A stretch of 64,000 nucleotides of DNA from Escherichia coli (GTDB lineage Bacteria > Pseudomonadota > Gammaproteobacteria > Enterobacterales > Enterobacteriaceae): NCBI RefSeq assembly GCF_965641715.1, contig NZ_OZ282454.1; one strand, written 5' to 3'. Every line of letters begins with the position of its first letter. The first letter of the stretch is position 1. The notes under the pieces were generated by a model. That model was not told the DNA's origin. It saw only the letters and a list, made by a program, of their open reading frames with translations, and did no database searches. This document shows positions 55,114 through 64,000 of this stretch, piece by piece. The position numbers and the translations under genes are program-made.

Positions 55114-55614
55114 CACCGTTATATGTATTAGTCGCGACTTGATCTGACACATGGCCTTGAAAGGTTGAGAGTTACCGGTTTTGATATGGGTGTCGAATCC
55201 TTATACAAAACACGAGGTAACTCTCATGCTTCATACTACCAATCCCGTCATCAAACACAAAGCCGGTTTGCTCAATCTGGCTGAAGAACTCAGCAATGTA
55301 TCAAAAGCCTGTAAAATCATGGGCGTTTCGCGTGATACATTTTATCGCTATCGCGAACTGGCCGATGAAGGCGGTGTGGATGCGCTGGTTAATCGTAGTC
55401 GCCGCGCCCCTAACCTTAAGAACCGTACCGATGAGCTAACTGAGCAGGCCGTTGTCGATTATGCCGTCGCTTTCCCGGCGCACGGTCAGCACCGGACCAG
55501 CAACGAGCTGCGCAAACAGGGCGTTTTTATCTCAGGAAGTGGTGTCCGTTCTGTCTGGCTGCGCCACAATCTTGAAAACTTCAAAAAGCGTCTGAAAGCA
55601 CTGGAAGAAAAAGT
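55114..55614 (+). mobile_element. IS481-family element, copy 3, 3'-truncated by IS66
   Basis: identical to first 500 bp of copy 1; transposase ORF 55181-55618 cut after ...KALEEKV. Confidence 0.75.
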
Positions 55615-55651
55615 GTAAGCGTACAGCGAGGGCCGTATTGACGGGGATGTG

Positions 55652-57190
55652 TTATTCAGCTGGCAGTGCTATGCGCCACGGAAGCAGTTCGCTGACCCGG
55701 TTGACCGGCCAGTCTGCTATGACGCCAAGCACATGGCGAAGGTAGCTTTCTGGATCCACGTCATTCAGTTTGCACGTCCCGATCAGGCTGTACAGTAGCG
55801 CTCCCCGCTCACCACCATGGTCAGAGCCGAAGAACAGGAAGTTTTTACGACCCAGACTGACCGCCCGCAGGGCATTTTCAGCGATGTTGTTGTCGATTTC
55901 CACCCAGCCATCGTTCGCATAGTACGTCAGTGCCGGCCACTGGTTAAGTGCGTACGCGAACGCCTTCGCCAACTCTGAGTGTCGCGACAGGGTCTTCATC
56001 TTTTCACGCAACCAGCTTTCCAGGGATTTCAACAGCGGTTTCGTTTTTCGCTGACGTTCAGCAAGCCTCTGCTCTGCCGGCATTCCCCTTATATCCGCCT
56101 CTATGGCGTACAACTGACCGATCTGCTCCAGGGCTTCTTCCGTCAGTGCTGACGGGATGCGGACGTGCACATCGTGGATCTTTCGGCGGGCATGAGCCCA
56201 GCAGACAGCTTCCGTTATCCCACCATTGCGATACAGCTCGTTGAACCCGGCGTACGCATCCGCTTGCAGCACACCGCTGAAGCAAGCAAGATGAGTCTGC
56301 GGATGGATGCCTTTTCTGTCCGGGCTGTAAGCGAACCACACTGCAGGTGCCAACGCTGACCCAGCATTGCGGTCATCACGAACATACGCCCACAACCGCC
56401 CGGTCTTCGTCTTCTTATTACCCGGCAGCAGTACCTGGACCGGGGTATCATCGGCATGGAGTTTGCCGTCAGTCATGACATAGCCATGAAGCGCCTCTTC
56501 CAGCGGAGACAGCAGCCGGCAGCATGCATCCACCCAGCCCGACAGCAGTGAACGGCTCAGCTCCACACCTTGCCGGCCGTATATTTCTGACTGGCGATAC
56601 AGCGGGGTGTGCTCTGCATACTTCGAGGTCAGCACGCGGGCCAGCAGCCCCGGTCCGGCGATACCCCGCTCGATGGGCCGCGAAGGTGCAGGTGCCTGCA
56701 CGATGGCATCGCACTGAGTACAGGCATGTTTTTCCCGTACCGTCCGGATAACCCGAAAGGCGCTACGCATCAACTCCAGCTGTTCGGCGGTATCCTCGCC
56801 CAGATAGCTCAGTGAACCGCCGCAGTTCGGGCAGCACGGCGCCGCAGGCAACAGTCGCTTTTCGTCACGGGGTAGTGATTCAGGGAACGGCTTACGGGTG
56901 CGGGTCTGAGGCAACGGACGCTGTACAGCCGGGTCATACACCCTACCAGTCAGCGTATCGCTCTCTTTCTGAAGCCGGTTCAGATCGGCTTCCATTTGTG
57001 CGATACGGCGGGAGACTTTTTCGGAACGACTGCCGAAGTTCATCCGGCGGAGTTTATCCAGCTGCGCCTGCAGATGGTCTATTTCGCGCTCCCGGTTGCT
57101 CAGCTTTTCCTGCAGGGCGTGGATCAGCGCCTCCTGTTCGGCCAGGCGCTGTTTCAGCAGGAAGATGTCGTCAGAAGAGATGTCGTTCAT
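55652..57190 (-). CDS. IS66-family transposase TnpC
   Basis: 512 aa; leucine zipper, CPNCGG zinc-finger-like motif, DDE core. Confidence 0.9.
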   Translation of the reverse strand: MNDISSDDIFLLKQRLAEQEALIHALQEKLSNREREIDHLQAQLDKLRRMNFGSRSEKVSRRIAQMEADLNRLQKESDTLTGRVYDPAVQRPLPQTRTRKPFPESLPRDEKRLLPAAPCCPNCGGSLSYLGEDTAEQLELMRSAFRVIRTVREKHACTQCDAIVQAPAPSRPIERGIAGPGLLARVLTSKYAEHTPLYRQSEIYGRQGVELSRSLLSGWVDACCRLLSPLEEALHGYVMTDGKLHADDTPVQVLLPGNKKTKTGRLWAYVRDDRNAGSALAPAVWFAYSPDRKGIHPQTHLACFSGVLQADAYAGFNELYRNGGITEAVCWAHARRKIHDVHVRIPSALTEEALEQIGQLYAIEADIRGMPAEQRLAERQRKTKPLLKSLESWLREKMKTLSRHSELAKAFAYALNQWPALTYYANDGWVEIDNNIAENALRAVSLGRKNFLFFGSDHGGERGALLYSLIGTCKLNDVDPESYLRHVLGVIADWPVNRVSELLPWRIALPAE

Positions 57191-57239
57191 AAGCCCGTAT
57201 TTTACCGGGCTTATTCTGTGACAACCAGGATAAAGAGAT

Positions 57240-57587
57240 TTACAGCATGGTCAGGGAGGTCAGCAGCCGCTTGGGCTGTCGCCAGTCGATACCTTCCAGC
57301 AGCATCGCCAGCTGCGCCTGCGTAAGGAACACTTTGCCATCACGGGCTGACGGCCAGGCGAAGCGCCCACGCTCCAGCCGTTTGGTCAGGAGGCACAGTC
57401 CGTCACCGGTGGACCACAGCAGTTTAACCTGACTGCCGCTGCGGCCCCGGAAAATGAAAACATGGCCGGACATGGGATCGTCTTTCAGCGCCGTTTGTAC
57501 TTTCGCAGCCAGGCCGTTGAAGCCATTTCTCATATCGGTGATACCGGCAACCAGCCAAATTTTGGTCCCGGAAGGTAACGGGATCAT
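57240..57587 (-). CDS. IS66-family TnpB (orf2)
   Basis: 115 aa ([31 protein letters not shown]...). Confidence 0.88.
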   Translation of the reverse strand: MIPLPSGTKIWLVAGITDMRNGFNGLAAKVQTALKDDPMSGHVFIFRGRSGSQVKLLWSTGDGLCLLTKRLERGRFAWPSARDGKVFLTQAQLAMLLEGIDWRQPKRLLTSLTML

Positions 57588-57985
57588 CGCTTCAGTTCCT
57601 GTATCAGCAGAGTCAGGAGCTTTTCGCTGACATTGCCATTGAAGCGGAGCGTCCCGTGCCGGAACGTTACCTCACAGCTGATACTGAGGGTTTCCGGGTC
57701 CTCTGCGAGCGATTCTGGCTGTTCGGCAGCTGCATCGAGAGTCACAGGAAGTAGCTGGGGGCTCTCTGAAGAAGGTAATAGCAGCTTTCCCTCGCGCCAT
57801 TGTTGTCGCCATTTGAACAACAGATTGGCGTTAATGCCATTTTCAAGAGCAAGTTTTGAGATGGATATCCCGGGTTCACAGGAGGCAGCAACGAGCAGCT
57901 GTTTAAATTCGGGAGGATAATTAGGGCAGCCTTTTCGCCTGCCGGGAGTCACATTTTTCTGCATATCTGACACTTTGGTTCCCAC
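57584..57985 (-). CDS. IS66-family TnpA (orf1, HTH)
   Basis: 133 aa, overlaps tnpB start. Confidence 0.85.
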   Translation of the reverse strand: MGTKVSDMQKNVTPGRRKGCPNYPPEFKQLLVAASCEPGISISKLALENGINANLLFKWRQQWREGKLLLPSSESPQLLPVTLDAAAEQPESLAEDPETLSISCEVTFRHGTLRFNGNVSEKLLTLLIQELKR

Positions 57986-58086
57986 TACTTATTTGGTGGA
58001 CACCACTTTGTCTAATTCGTCAGATTCTGACCAGACGGTTCAGGCTGTACGCTTACCTACAAAAATTACTCTCCGAATTACCTCCT

Positions 58087-58662
58087 GTGTCAGCGTTATC
58101 CGTGTTCGAACTTGCCGAATGGTTGCCCGGGATCGTGGGAATGAAAGAGGACGACATTACTCTCTTCAGCAGACAACCAGAACAGCAAAAAACGGAACAT
58201 GACACAAACAGAAGACTTCGTAGTGGCTTTTACTGGCGCTTTTATTTTGCTTTTACCGCCCCTAGGGATGTCCGTTCGCCAGACTTTTTCAGCCGGATGT
58301 TCATTTTAGCAGGCGATCCTGACCGTCAGCGTGAACTAAGCGAACTTCTCTTTGGCGAGCTTGAAGAAACAGGTTTCTCCTCGCGGACATGGTTTGAACA
58401 CGTTATTGATAAACTCACCATGGAAATGCTCTCCCAGGCAACTCCCGCACAGTGCCTAGGATTACTCCGCTTTATATTTATTAATGGCACAAAGATCTCC
58501 AGGTACTATCGACAGCGGGATGGAATCATGGGGCTGGAATCCGCTGGGTTGACAGAACTGGCGGACAGGCTTTTTCAACTTACACTTAATGCCACTCATA
58601 GGGGGGGATCGACTGTTTTAGCCATGCCCAGCAAGATCGGCAAACGTTCAACTGGGCCATGA
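58087..58662 (+). CDS. hypothetical protein, probably a fragment of a larger gene truncated by IS66
   Basis: 191 aa ORF starting 31 bp from IS66 end. Confidence 0.35.
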   Translation: MSALSVFELAEWLPGIVGMKEDDITLFSRQPEQQKTEHDTNRRLRSGFYWRFYFAFTAPRDVRSPDFFSRMFILAGDPDRQRELSELLFGELEETGFSSRTWFEHVIDKLTMEMLSQATPAQCLGLLRFIFINGTKISRYYRQRDGIMGLESAGLTELADRLFQLTLNATHRGGSTVLAMPSKIGKRSTGP

Positions 58663-59132
58663 CGTATCTCCGTCATCTGCTCTGGCAAAATGGTCTGGCC
58701 GGTACGCGACCAGTACCACCGAATGAAAGGGTGCTAGGTAATGATGATTTAAGACATTTGTGTCAACAGGCTGCTGCATGGCTGGAAAATCCAGATAACC
58801 AAGAAGCCATTCTGGCGAACGGCGAACTGTCTGATTTGGTGTATGCCTGGCGGGAAATCAGCACCACCGAATCTGTTGCGACGTGGCTAACCTCAGTAAC
58901 TGACAAGGATGATGTTTTTCTTGAGGTCTTGCTGCGGCTCCGTTATGACGGTATCCGGACTAATATTGGCCGTTATCAGGGATTGAAACTAAATACCTTG
59001 GCTGAATTCTTTGGCGGAGAAGAGTATATCCTGAAGAGATTAGATAATATTGAAGCTAAAGGGCATCTGACTGAACTGACCAGTCAAGTGAGGAAAGCTA
59101 TCGAACTCGACTCTCCAGACATTCCCCGATAG
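58659..59132 (+). CDS. hypothetical protein (coupled to or frameshift continuation of 58087-58662)
   Basis: 157 aa ORF overlapping the previous one by ATGA. Confidence 0.35.
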   Translation: MTYLRHLLWQNGLAGTRPVPPNERVLGNDDLRHLCQQAAAWLENPDNQEAILANGELSDLVYAWREISTTESVATWLTSVTDKDDVFLEVLLRLRYDGIRTNIGRYQGLKLNTLAEFFGGEEYILKRLDNIEAKGHLTELTSQVRKAIELDSPDIPR

Positions 59133-59255
59133 ATCACTACGTCTGCTCAGGAAAGAGCAACTGAGAAAACTGACTAAGCTAATGCAGATTGTACACTTCG
59201 CCATACACTGTCTCAAAGGCCCATAACGGGCCTTATTCTTATAAAATGAACAGAA

Positions 59256-60188
59256 TCAGGCGCTAAACGCTTTTTCTTTATCAAAAGGAACACCTGCATA
59301 CGCCAGTTCGCTCAGCAGCTTGCGTTTCCATCCACCATGTTCATCAAGCTCGGTATAAAGTACGCCTGCGAGATCGGAAGGTATTTCGATGTCACCCTTC
59401 TTGAGTACCAGTACTTTCCCGCGACCAAGTTTCCCCGCGAAATATCCGAGTTCATACAAGACATTTTGACGTGCACGCAGTCGCGTGCTTTCAGATGCCA
59501 AGGCATTCCCGCTATCGTCAGGCGTCATCAGCACGATGGCAAAGCTGACATCTCCTGACTCCGCTTCAAACTTCTCGATAACCGTCCTTGAGCCGTCAGG
59601 GCGTTCAGAAAGTATGATCTCCTCAAGCCCTACACGAGAGATAAAACGGGCAACAGATTGAAGGGCATCATTATCATGGCCATGAACAATAAAAACTTTT
59701 CGGGAAACCGGACGTAGCACTGCTGGCTCAGGAGCGAACTGATTTTCCACATACAACTGGTAATCACGGACGAATGGGACAAGTAATGATGAGGTAAACT
59801 TGCGGACAGATTCAATAACCCTGCGGTCGTAGAAAAATGTATGCCAGAAATTAAATGAAAAATTGTTATCGATCGCCATTTTCTGTATCAGCAGCAACTT
59901 CAAGCCCAAAATATCAGCTGGTTCTTCAGGCCATTGCAGCACAGCGGAACCAGCCATGCTGGATTCAGTATCTCCACTCCTGGCCAGAAAGGCATCAAGC
60001 TCAATATTGCGGGTCAGGCGTTCATTAACTGCCTGCAAGTTATCTGAGTTCAATAGCCGGGCCAGTTGTTTAAGAGGTTGCTGATAGTTCTGAACGTCAG
60101 CGCGCTGAAGATCGAATACGCAATTTTTAAGTGACTGAAAGATATCAATCGCCATCCTGTCCGCTCTCCTGTCTTTGTTGTTCTGCAC
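59256..60188 (-). CDS. protein with C-terminal TIR-like nucleotide-binding domain (Cap12/pfam10137-like) and unknown N-terminal domain
   Basis: 310 aa; residues about 165-300: KVFIVHGHD...IEKFEAE...FAIVLMTPDD...RARQNVLYELGYF.GKLGRGKV..L.KG...PSDL.GV.YTEL; alternative start Met at 60155. Confidence 0.6.
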   Translation of the reverse strand: MQNNKDRRADRMAIDIFQSLKNCVFDLQRADVQNYQQPLKQLARLLNSDNLQAVNERLTRNIELDAFLARSGDTESSMAGSAVLQWPEEPADILGLKLLLIQKMAIDNNFSFNFWHTFFYDRRVIESVRKFTSSLLVPFVRDYQLYVENQFAPEPAVLRPVSRKVFIVHGHDNDALQSVARFISRVGLEEIILSERPDGSRTVIEKFEAESGDVSFAIVLMTPDDSGNALASESTRLRARQNVLYELGYFAGKLGRGKVLVLKKGDIEIPSDLAGVLYTELDEHGGWKRKLLSELAYAGVPFDKEKAFSA

Positions 60189-60435
60189 TGTCCAGAATCT
60201 GTTGGCGCAGATTTTCTTTCATGTGTTCGATTAATGGACTGACCATAGGATTAGTGGCATAACCAGAAGCGCGTTCGTCCACCATGGAGTAGGCTTCCTG
60301 AATTGCGTTCTCAATGCTGCTAGGATCGTTAGCATCAAAACGAACATCATAACTTCCGTTTAAGGCCTCCGTTGCTCTCTCAACCTCTTTTAGCTGTTTC
60401 TGCATTTTGTCTAAACCTGTGATTTTGACGCCCAT
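60145..60435 (-). CDS. hypothetical small acidic protein, upstream partner of TIR-like gene
   Basis: 96 aa ORF overlapping the start of 59256-60188. Confidence 0.45.
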   Translation of the reverse strand: MGVKITGLDKMQKQLKEVERATEALNGSYDVRFDANDPSSIENAIQEAYSMVDERASGYATNPMVSPLIEHMKENLRQQILDSAEQQRQESGQDGD

Positions 60436-61342
60436 AACAACCTCCGGACTAAATGAGATGTACCAGCCTGTATAGATAGCACGCCGGAAGAATGGGGTAG
60501 TGGATATCAGTCAAATTCTCCGTAATTTCATTAAGTTCCGGTTTTACCTTTTTCGGATCTTATTAGTGTAGAAGAACGATTGTTGCGGTGAGGGGATTAT
60601 TGCTTAGGAAGCAAAATTCAAAACTGACTAAGCCAGAAATAGCAACAACAAGATAAGGAAATTTTCCCCCTCAGCCCCTGCATGCCGTGAGGGGGAGCAA
60701 CTACCCAACTACAGTTTTCATTTTATGATACGTCTTCACTAGGTAATACCTGTGAACTGACAGAGTCTTTACGGAGTGTATGGCGGACCTAAATTTGATC
60801 CCTGAAAACTGCCAGCGCTGCGAGGACGAAGAAAGTATTACGGCTAAAGCCGTAATACCTCCCCATCCAGCTTCAAGCTATGTAGAAACTTATGTGGGTA
60901 GAGCAGTCCCGACAGGGCAGTACCGCATTGACAGGCCGTCAGGGCCGCTTACGAGCTTGTATGACAAGGGGGGCCGCCTGGATATAGCGAATTATTGTAC
61001 GGTAAGCCTTTTTTGAACAGCCTTACCTATTGCTATAGAGGGGAACTCCTACGTTATACGCCGCTTTCAGGGGATTCGACCTTAATGAAACAACTCAAAT
61101 ATGATCGACAACTTAAACGCGATAGTTGCTGATAAAATCAATCCATTACGCGTTTCAATTGATTAAATAATGCACTTAATGTACAAAAATTCCCGATCTC
61201 AAAACTGAACCCTAAAGATACCAGGCATCTCCCCCAGGAAGCGCCCTCATGCGTTTTCCTGTTCCGCCCCTGCCACCTACCTTCTGTTTCATACTTGTTG
61301 TATTATTGTTTTTGTTTTCAATCCCCAAGGAGACGTCGCTAT

Positions 61343-61510
61343 ATGACTGTGCGGGAGACAGAGGAAAACATTGAACAAATCTTCCCTGAGCTTTCGAACT
61401 TAATTGATATTATTAATAAATGGCTTTCCCATGGAAACATTGATCCTGAACTGGCACACTTCATCATTTATCTTCTTGATTACCTAACCACCACACACAA
61501 AAGCATATAA
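61343..61510 (+). CDS. hypothetical small protein
   Basis: 55 aa from ATG at 61343 with AAGGAGA RBS; followed by hairpin terminator. Confidence 0.3.
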   Translation: MTVRETEENIEQIFPELSNLIDIINKWLSHGNIDPELAHFIIYLLDYLTTTHKSI

Positions 61511-61620
61511 AAAATTTCCTTGCACATCCATTTTTTTGCGAATATTATTATTCCTGCTGAATATGATTCAATATCGCACGCTACTCATCCATCCCAGGAT
61601 AATAAGTACATAGGTTGAAG

Positions 61621-61650
61621 TTTCACCCCCCCCACTACGGGGGTGTTTTT
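61621..61650 (+). terminator. rho-independent terminator
   Basis: CACCCCCCCCACTACGGGGGTG followed by TTTTTTTT. Confidence 0.45.
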
Positions 61651-62552
61651 TTTACCAATAAACACAAATCACACCATCGCCATACTCTGTTTGCCAGACA
61701 TCGATTGGTAAATATGCGTAACTCGCTATAATACAAAAAGAAAAATCAGAACCAGAAACCAGTTTCCAGATAAAAAACACCCTCCCGAAGGAGGGGACAG
61801 ACACATTCATATTTCCCAAAACAGGAATTTTTATTTTTATGACGCATTAATGAAGTTACTTCATCTCCAGTAGATTAACTTCATTTAAAGTGGCGATCAA
61901 TCATATTTATTACGACTCTAAACTATTACAACAACCACAATAAGATATCACCTCAAATATAAAAGATAATTCTTACAAAAACGTTCCTAAAACAAAAAAT
62001 ACAGATAAACACCAATAAAAAACAGAAAACTCTTACACATTTAAATATGGTAAAATAATATAGAACTGTTAGTCTAATGGAGAAGGCGCATCTAATTCAG
62101 AGCAATCTATTGCGAAGAATCAGAGTAACAGGGCCCCATGATATAATCATGGGGCCCTGTTGCTTTTACAGATGTAAAAACGACCAATCATTTAACATCT
62201 GTTATCGGCACCGCCCCGGACGGGTTCGGCGCAAATATGGTATGGTACCAGCCCGGCAATTCACCTGCCGTGCAATCTGACGAAGCAGTACCGGCGTATG
62301 CAGATATATCGTCCAGACATATCTGCCGCATTCAGTCGGTGAGTAAAGCCTTCTCTCTCAAAAGAGGAGCAACAGTTATCCACAGATTCTGGGGATAACT
62401 GCGAAAAGAATATGTGCCAGGAAAGTCGGCTCCCGGGAAAAAGACCGCTGGCGGCGCAGCTGCTGGATACGAAAGCTGAGCTGAAAGGATCCCGGGAGGA
62501 CGTCCGTAAACTTCAGTCCCTGGCCCGTCATGACGGGAAGGTGAAAAAGTGA

Positions 62553-63161
62553 ATGCGGACACCTGGACCCGCCTGCAGGCCTTCCGACATGCTCTGCGCC
62601 GGGTATGATCACCTGAAGGATTTCCCGGCCGGTTGCAGCGAGCTGGCCAGCCAAACGCTGACTGATTATCTGACGGAAGACGGCAGCAACCTGTACTCCT
62701 GTATTGTCGGTACGCAGTGGGATAATGGTCCTGGCAGATACGGCCACGTCATTGCCGCCCCTGCCAGGGACTATATCGACCTGACCCTTGATCAGTTTCC
62801 AGGCTATCATAACCGGATTGTGGCAGAGCCCGTTGAGTCCGGCGGACAGCTCGCGGCAGACCTCAACAGGGAGCCTGCCATCAGTACAGCTGATGGAATA
62901 GTGGCCAGCGCATCAGATAAGGTTAATTACATTACTGAACAGAAAAATCGCCAGCCAATGGTGATCATTACAGAATGTTACAAACTGATCAGAATGACGG
63001 CAAGATTTATACCAATGTGCCAGTCATCTCAACTCTTCCAGCACCAGATATTCCCTCGCTTATTTATCATTTCAGACGTTGGCTCCTGCAGTTTGTCCAG
63101 GAACACCTTAGGTCGTTTAGCTACTGACTGGAAGGTGACACTGTCCGTCCTGTCGCTATAG
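62553..63161 (+). CDS. hypothetical protein (possible gene fragment)
   Basis: 202 aa ORF, no recalled homolog; overlapped by ORFs on the other strand. Confidence 0.25.
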   Translation: MRTPGPACRPSDMLCAGYDHLKDFPAGCSELASQTLTDYLTEDGSNLYSCIVGTQWDNGPGRYGHVIAAPARDYIDLTLDQFPGYHNRIVAEPVESGGQLAADLNREPAISTADGIVASASDKVNYITEQKNRQPMVIITECYKLIRMTARFIPMCQSSQLFQHQIFPRLFIISDVGSCSLSRNTLGRLATDWKVTLSVLSL

Positions 63162-64000
63162 GGCTTGATATAAACCAAGCAGGCAAGGGATCTGGTTAAC
63201 ACCTTTCCTTCCATAAAGTGTTTGAAGATCCAGAGATACGTATCCACAAGCTCCAGCCCTGTACTCAGTGTCCCCGACTGGAAGACCTGCGGTTCAGCTG
63301 GTATTTCCGTTACATCCATGACCGGTGTCTGCGCAGCAGTGCCTGTCATCAGGATATTCATGGAGCCAGTCTGTATGCGCCTCTGGCGTTGAAACAAACA
63401 TATGAAGTGTATTTCGGATATGACTGTACGCTCAGGAAGTACGGCAGATTCCGTCAAAAATTACCTGTAAAGACAGACTTCAGAAAAAACGGTGCTCGCC
63501 GCAGACCGGTGACCGGGCGAAGCCCGCGAACCGGCGAGGAAGCGCAATGGATCTGTAATCACAGTGAGCAGGTACGCCCTGAAGCCTTCATAATCGGTAG
63601 TGTATGCTGTTTTTCCGGAATGATTTATCCACATATCCAGAGGCCCGATCCAGTAAATAGATCCATGAATGATCAATAAAGGATCCATTAAAGATCCCCA
63701 TATCGCTACAAACCTTGTCACTCATGGGCCGGGACCACGATCACATAAGCTGTGGCATGTTACTGATAAACTGTAATATGCTAATGATAAGCTGTATTCA
63801 GTAATGCATATACTGAAGTAAGTTAATGACATAAACTATGGTCAGTACGCCAGACTCTGTTGTTAAATACAGACTGCAGGTTTTTCTTCAGTCAGTTAGC
63901 GGGGCTCTGACACACGATTTGCTGTTTATTCTTTTACTGTCCACAGGCAGGAGGCTTTCTGGAAAACGAAAATTCAGACATCAAAAAACTGTTCGGCGAG

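Larger units (their letters stand above)
55615..58056 (-). mobile_element. IS66-family insertion sequence, no target-site duplication
   Basis: ends GTAAGCGTACAGCGAGGG...CAGGCTGTACGCTTAC; three-ORF tnpA-tnpB-tnpC organisation; flanks differ (GAAAAAGT vs CTACAAAA). Confidence 0.85.

Noticed and set aside
56812-57325. Plus-strand ORFs inside IS66
   Set aside because: Antisense to tnpC and tnpB, which have clear family motifs.
62376-63721. Overlapping ORFs on both strands (62376-62810, 63029-63457, 63461-63721)
   Set aside because: Mutually overlapping with no recognisable motifs; cannot tell which, if any, is real; only the longest is listed, at low confidence.

Overview
This window reads as a segment of an F-like (IncF) conjugative plasmid from Escherichia/Enterobacteriaceae, called by recall of protein families from the six-frame translations; no database search was run. 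Positions 1-17287 hold the minus-strand tra operon from traM down to the 5' part of trbB, with finP/traJ and an oriT carrying the F-type nic motif near 17601-17610. Positions 17.7-37.5 kb are a leading region read almost entirely from the minus strand (geneX, hok/mok, psiA, psiB, parB-like, ssb, KlcA, two orphan DNA methyltransferases, many unknown ORFs) with three copies of a GC-rich Frpo/ssi-like repeat, interrupted by IS186 and an IS110-family element. Positions 37.5-64 kb are an IS-rich accessory region: two inverted IS481-family copies bracket an EAL-domain gene and the aah-aidA (AIDA-I adhesin) operon, followed by a low-GC islet with two Rob-like AraC regulators and an Ais-like phosphatase, IS630/IS21/IS3/IS66 debris, and a two-gene operon ending in a TIR-like domain protein. 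That last operon (59256-60435) is my best candidate for an undescribed system, as a possible defence module. Several genes carry apparent inactivating lesions: an amber stop in traU, an ochre stop in a methyltransferase, and a frameshift in umuC.
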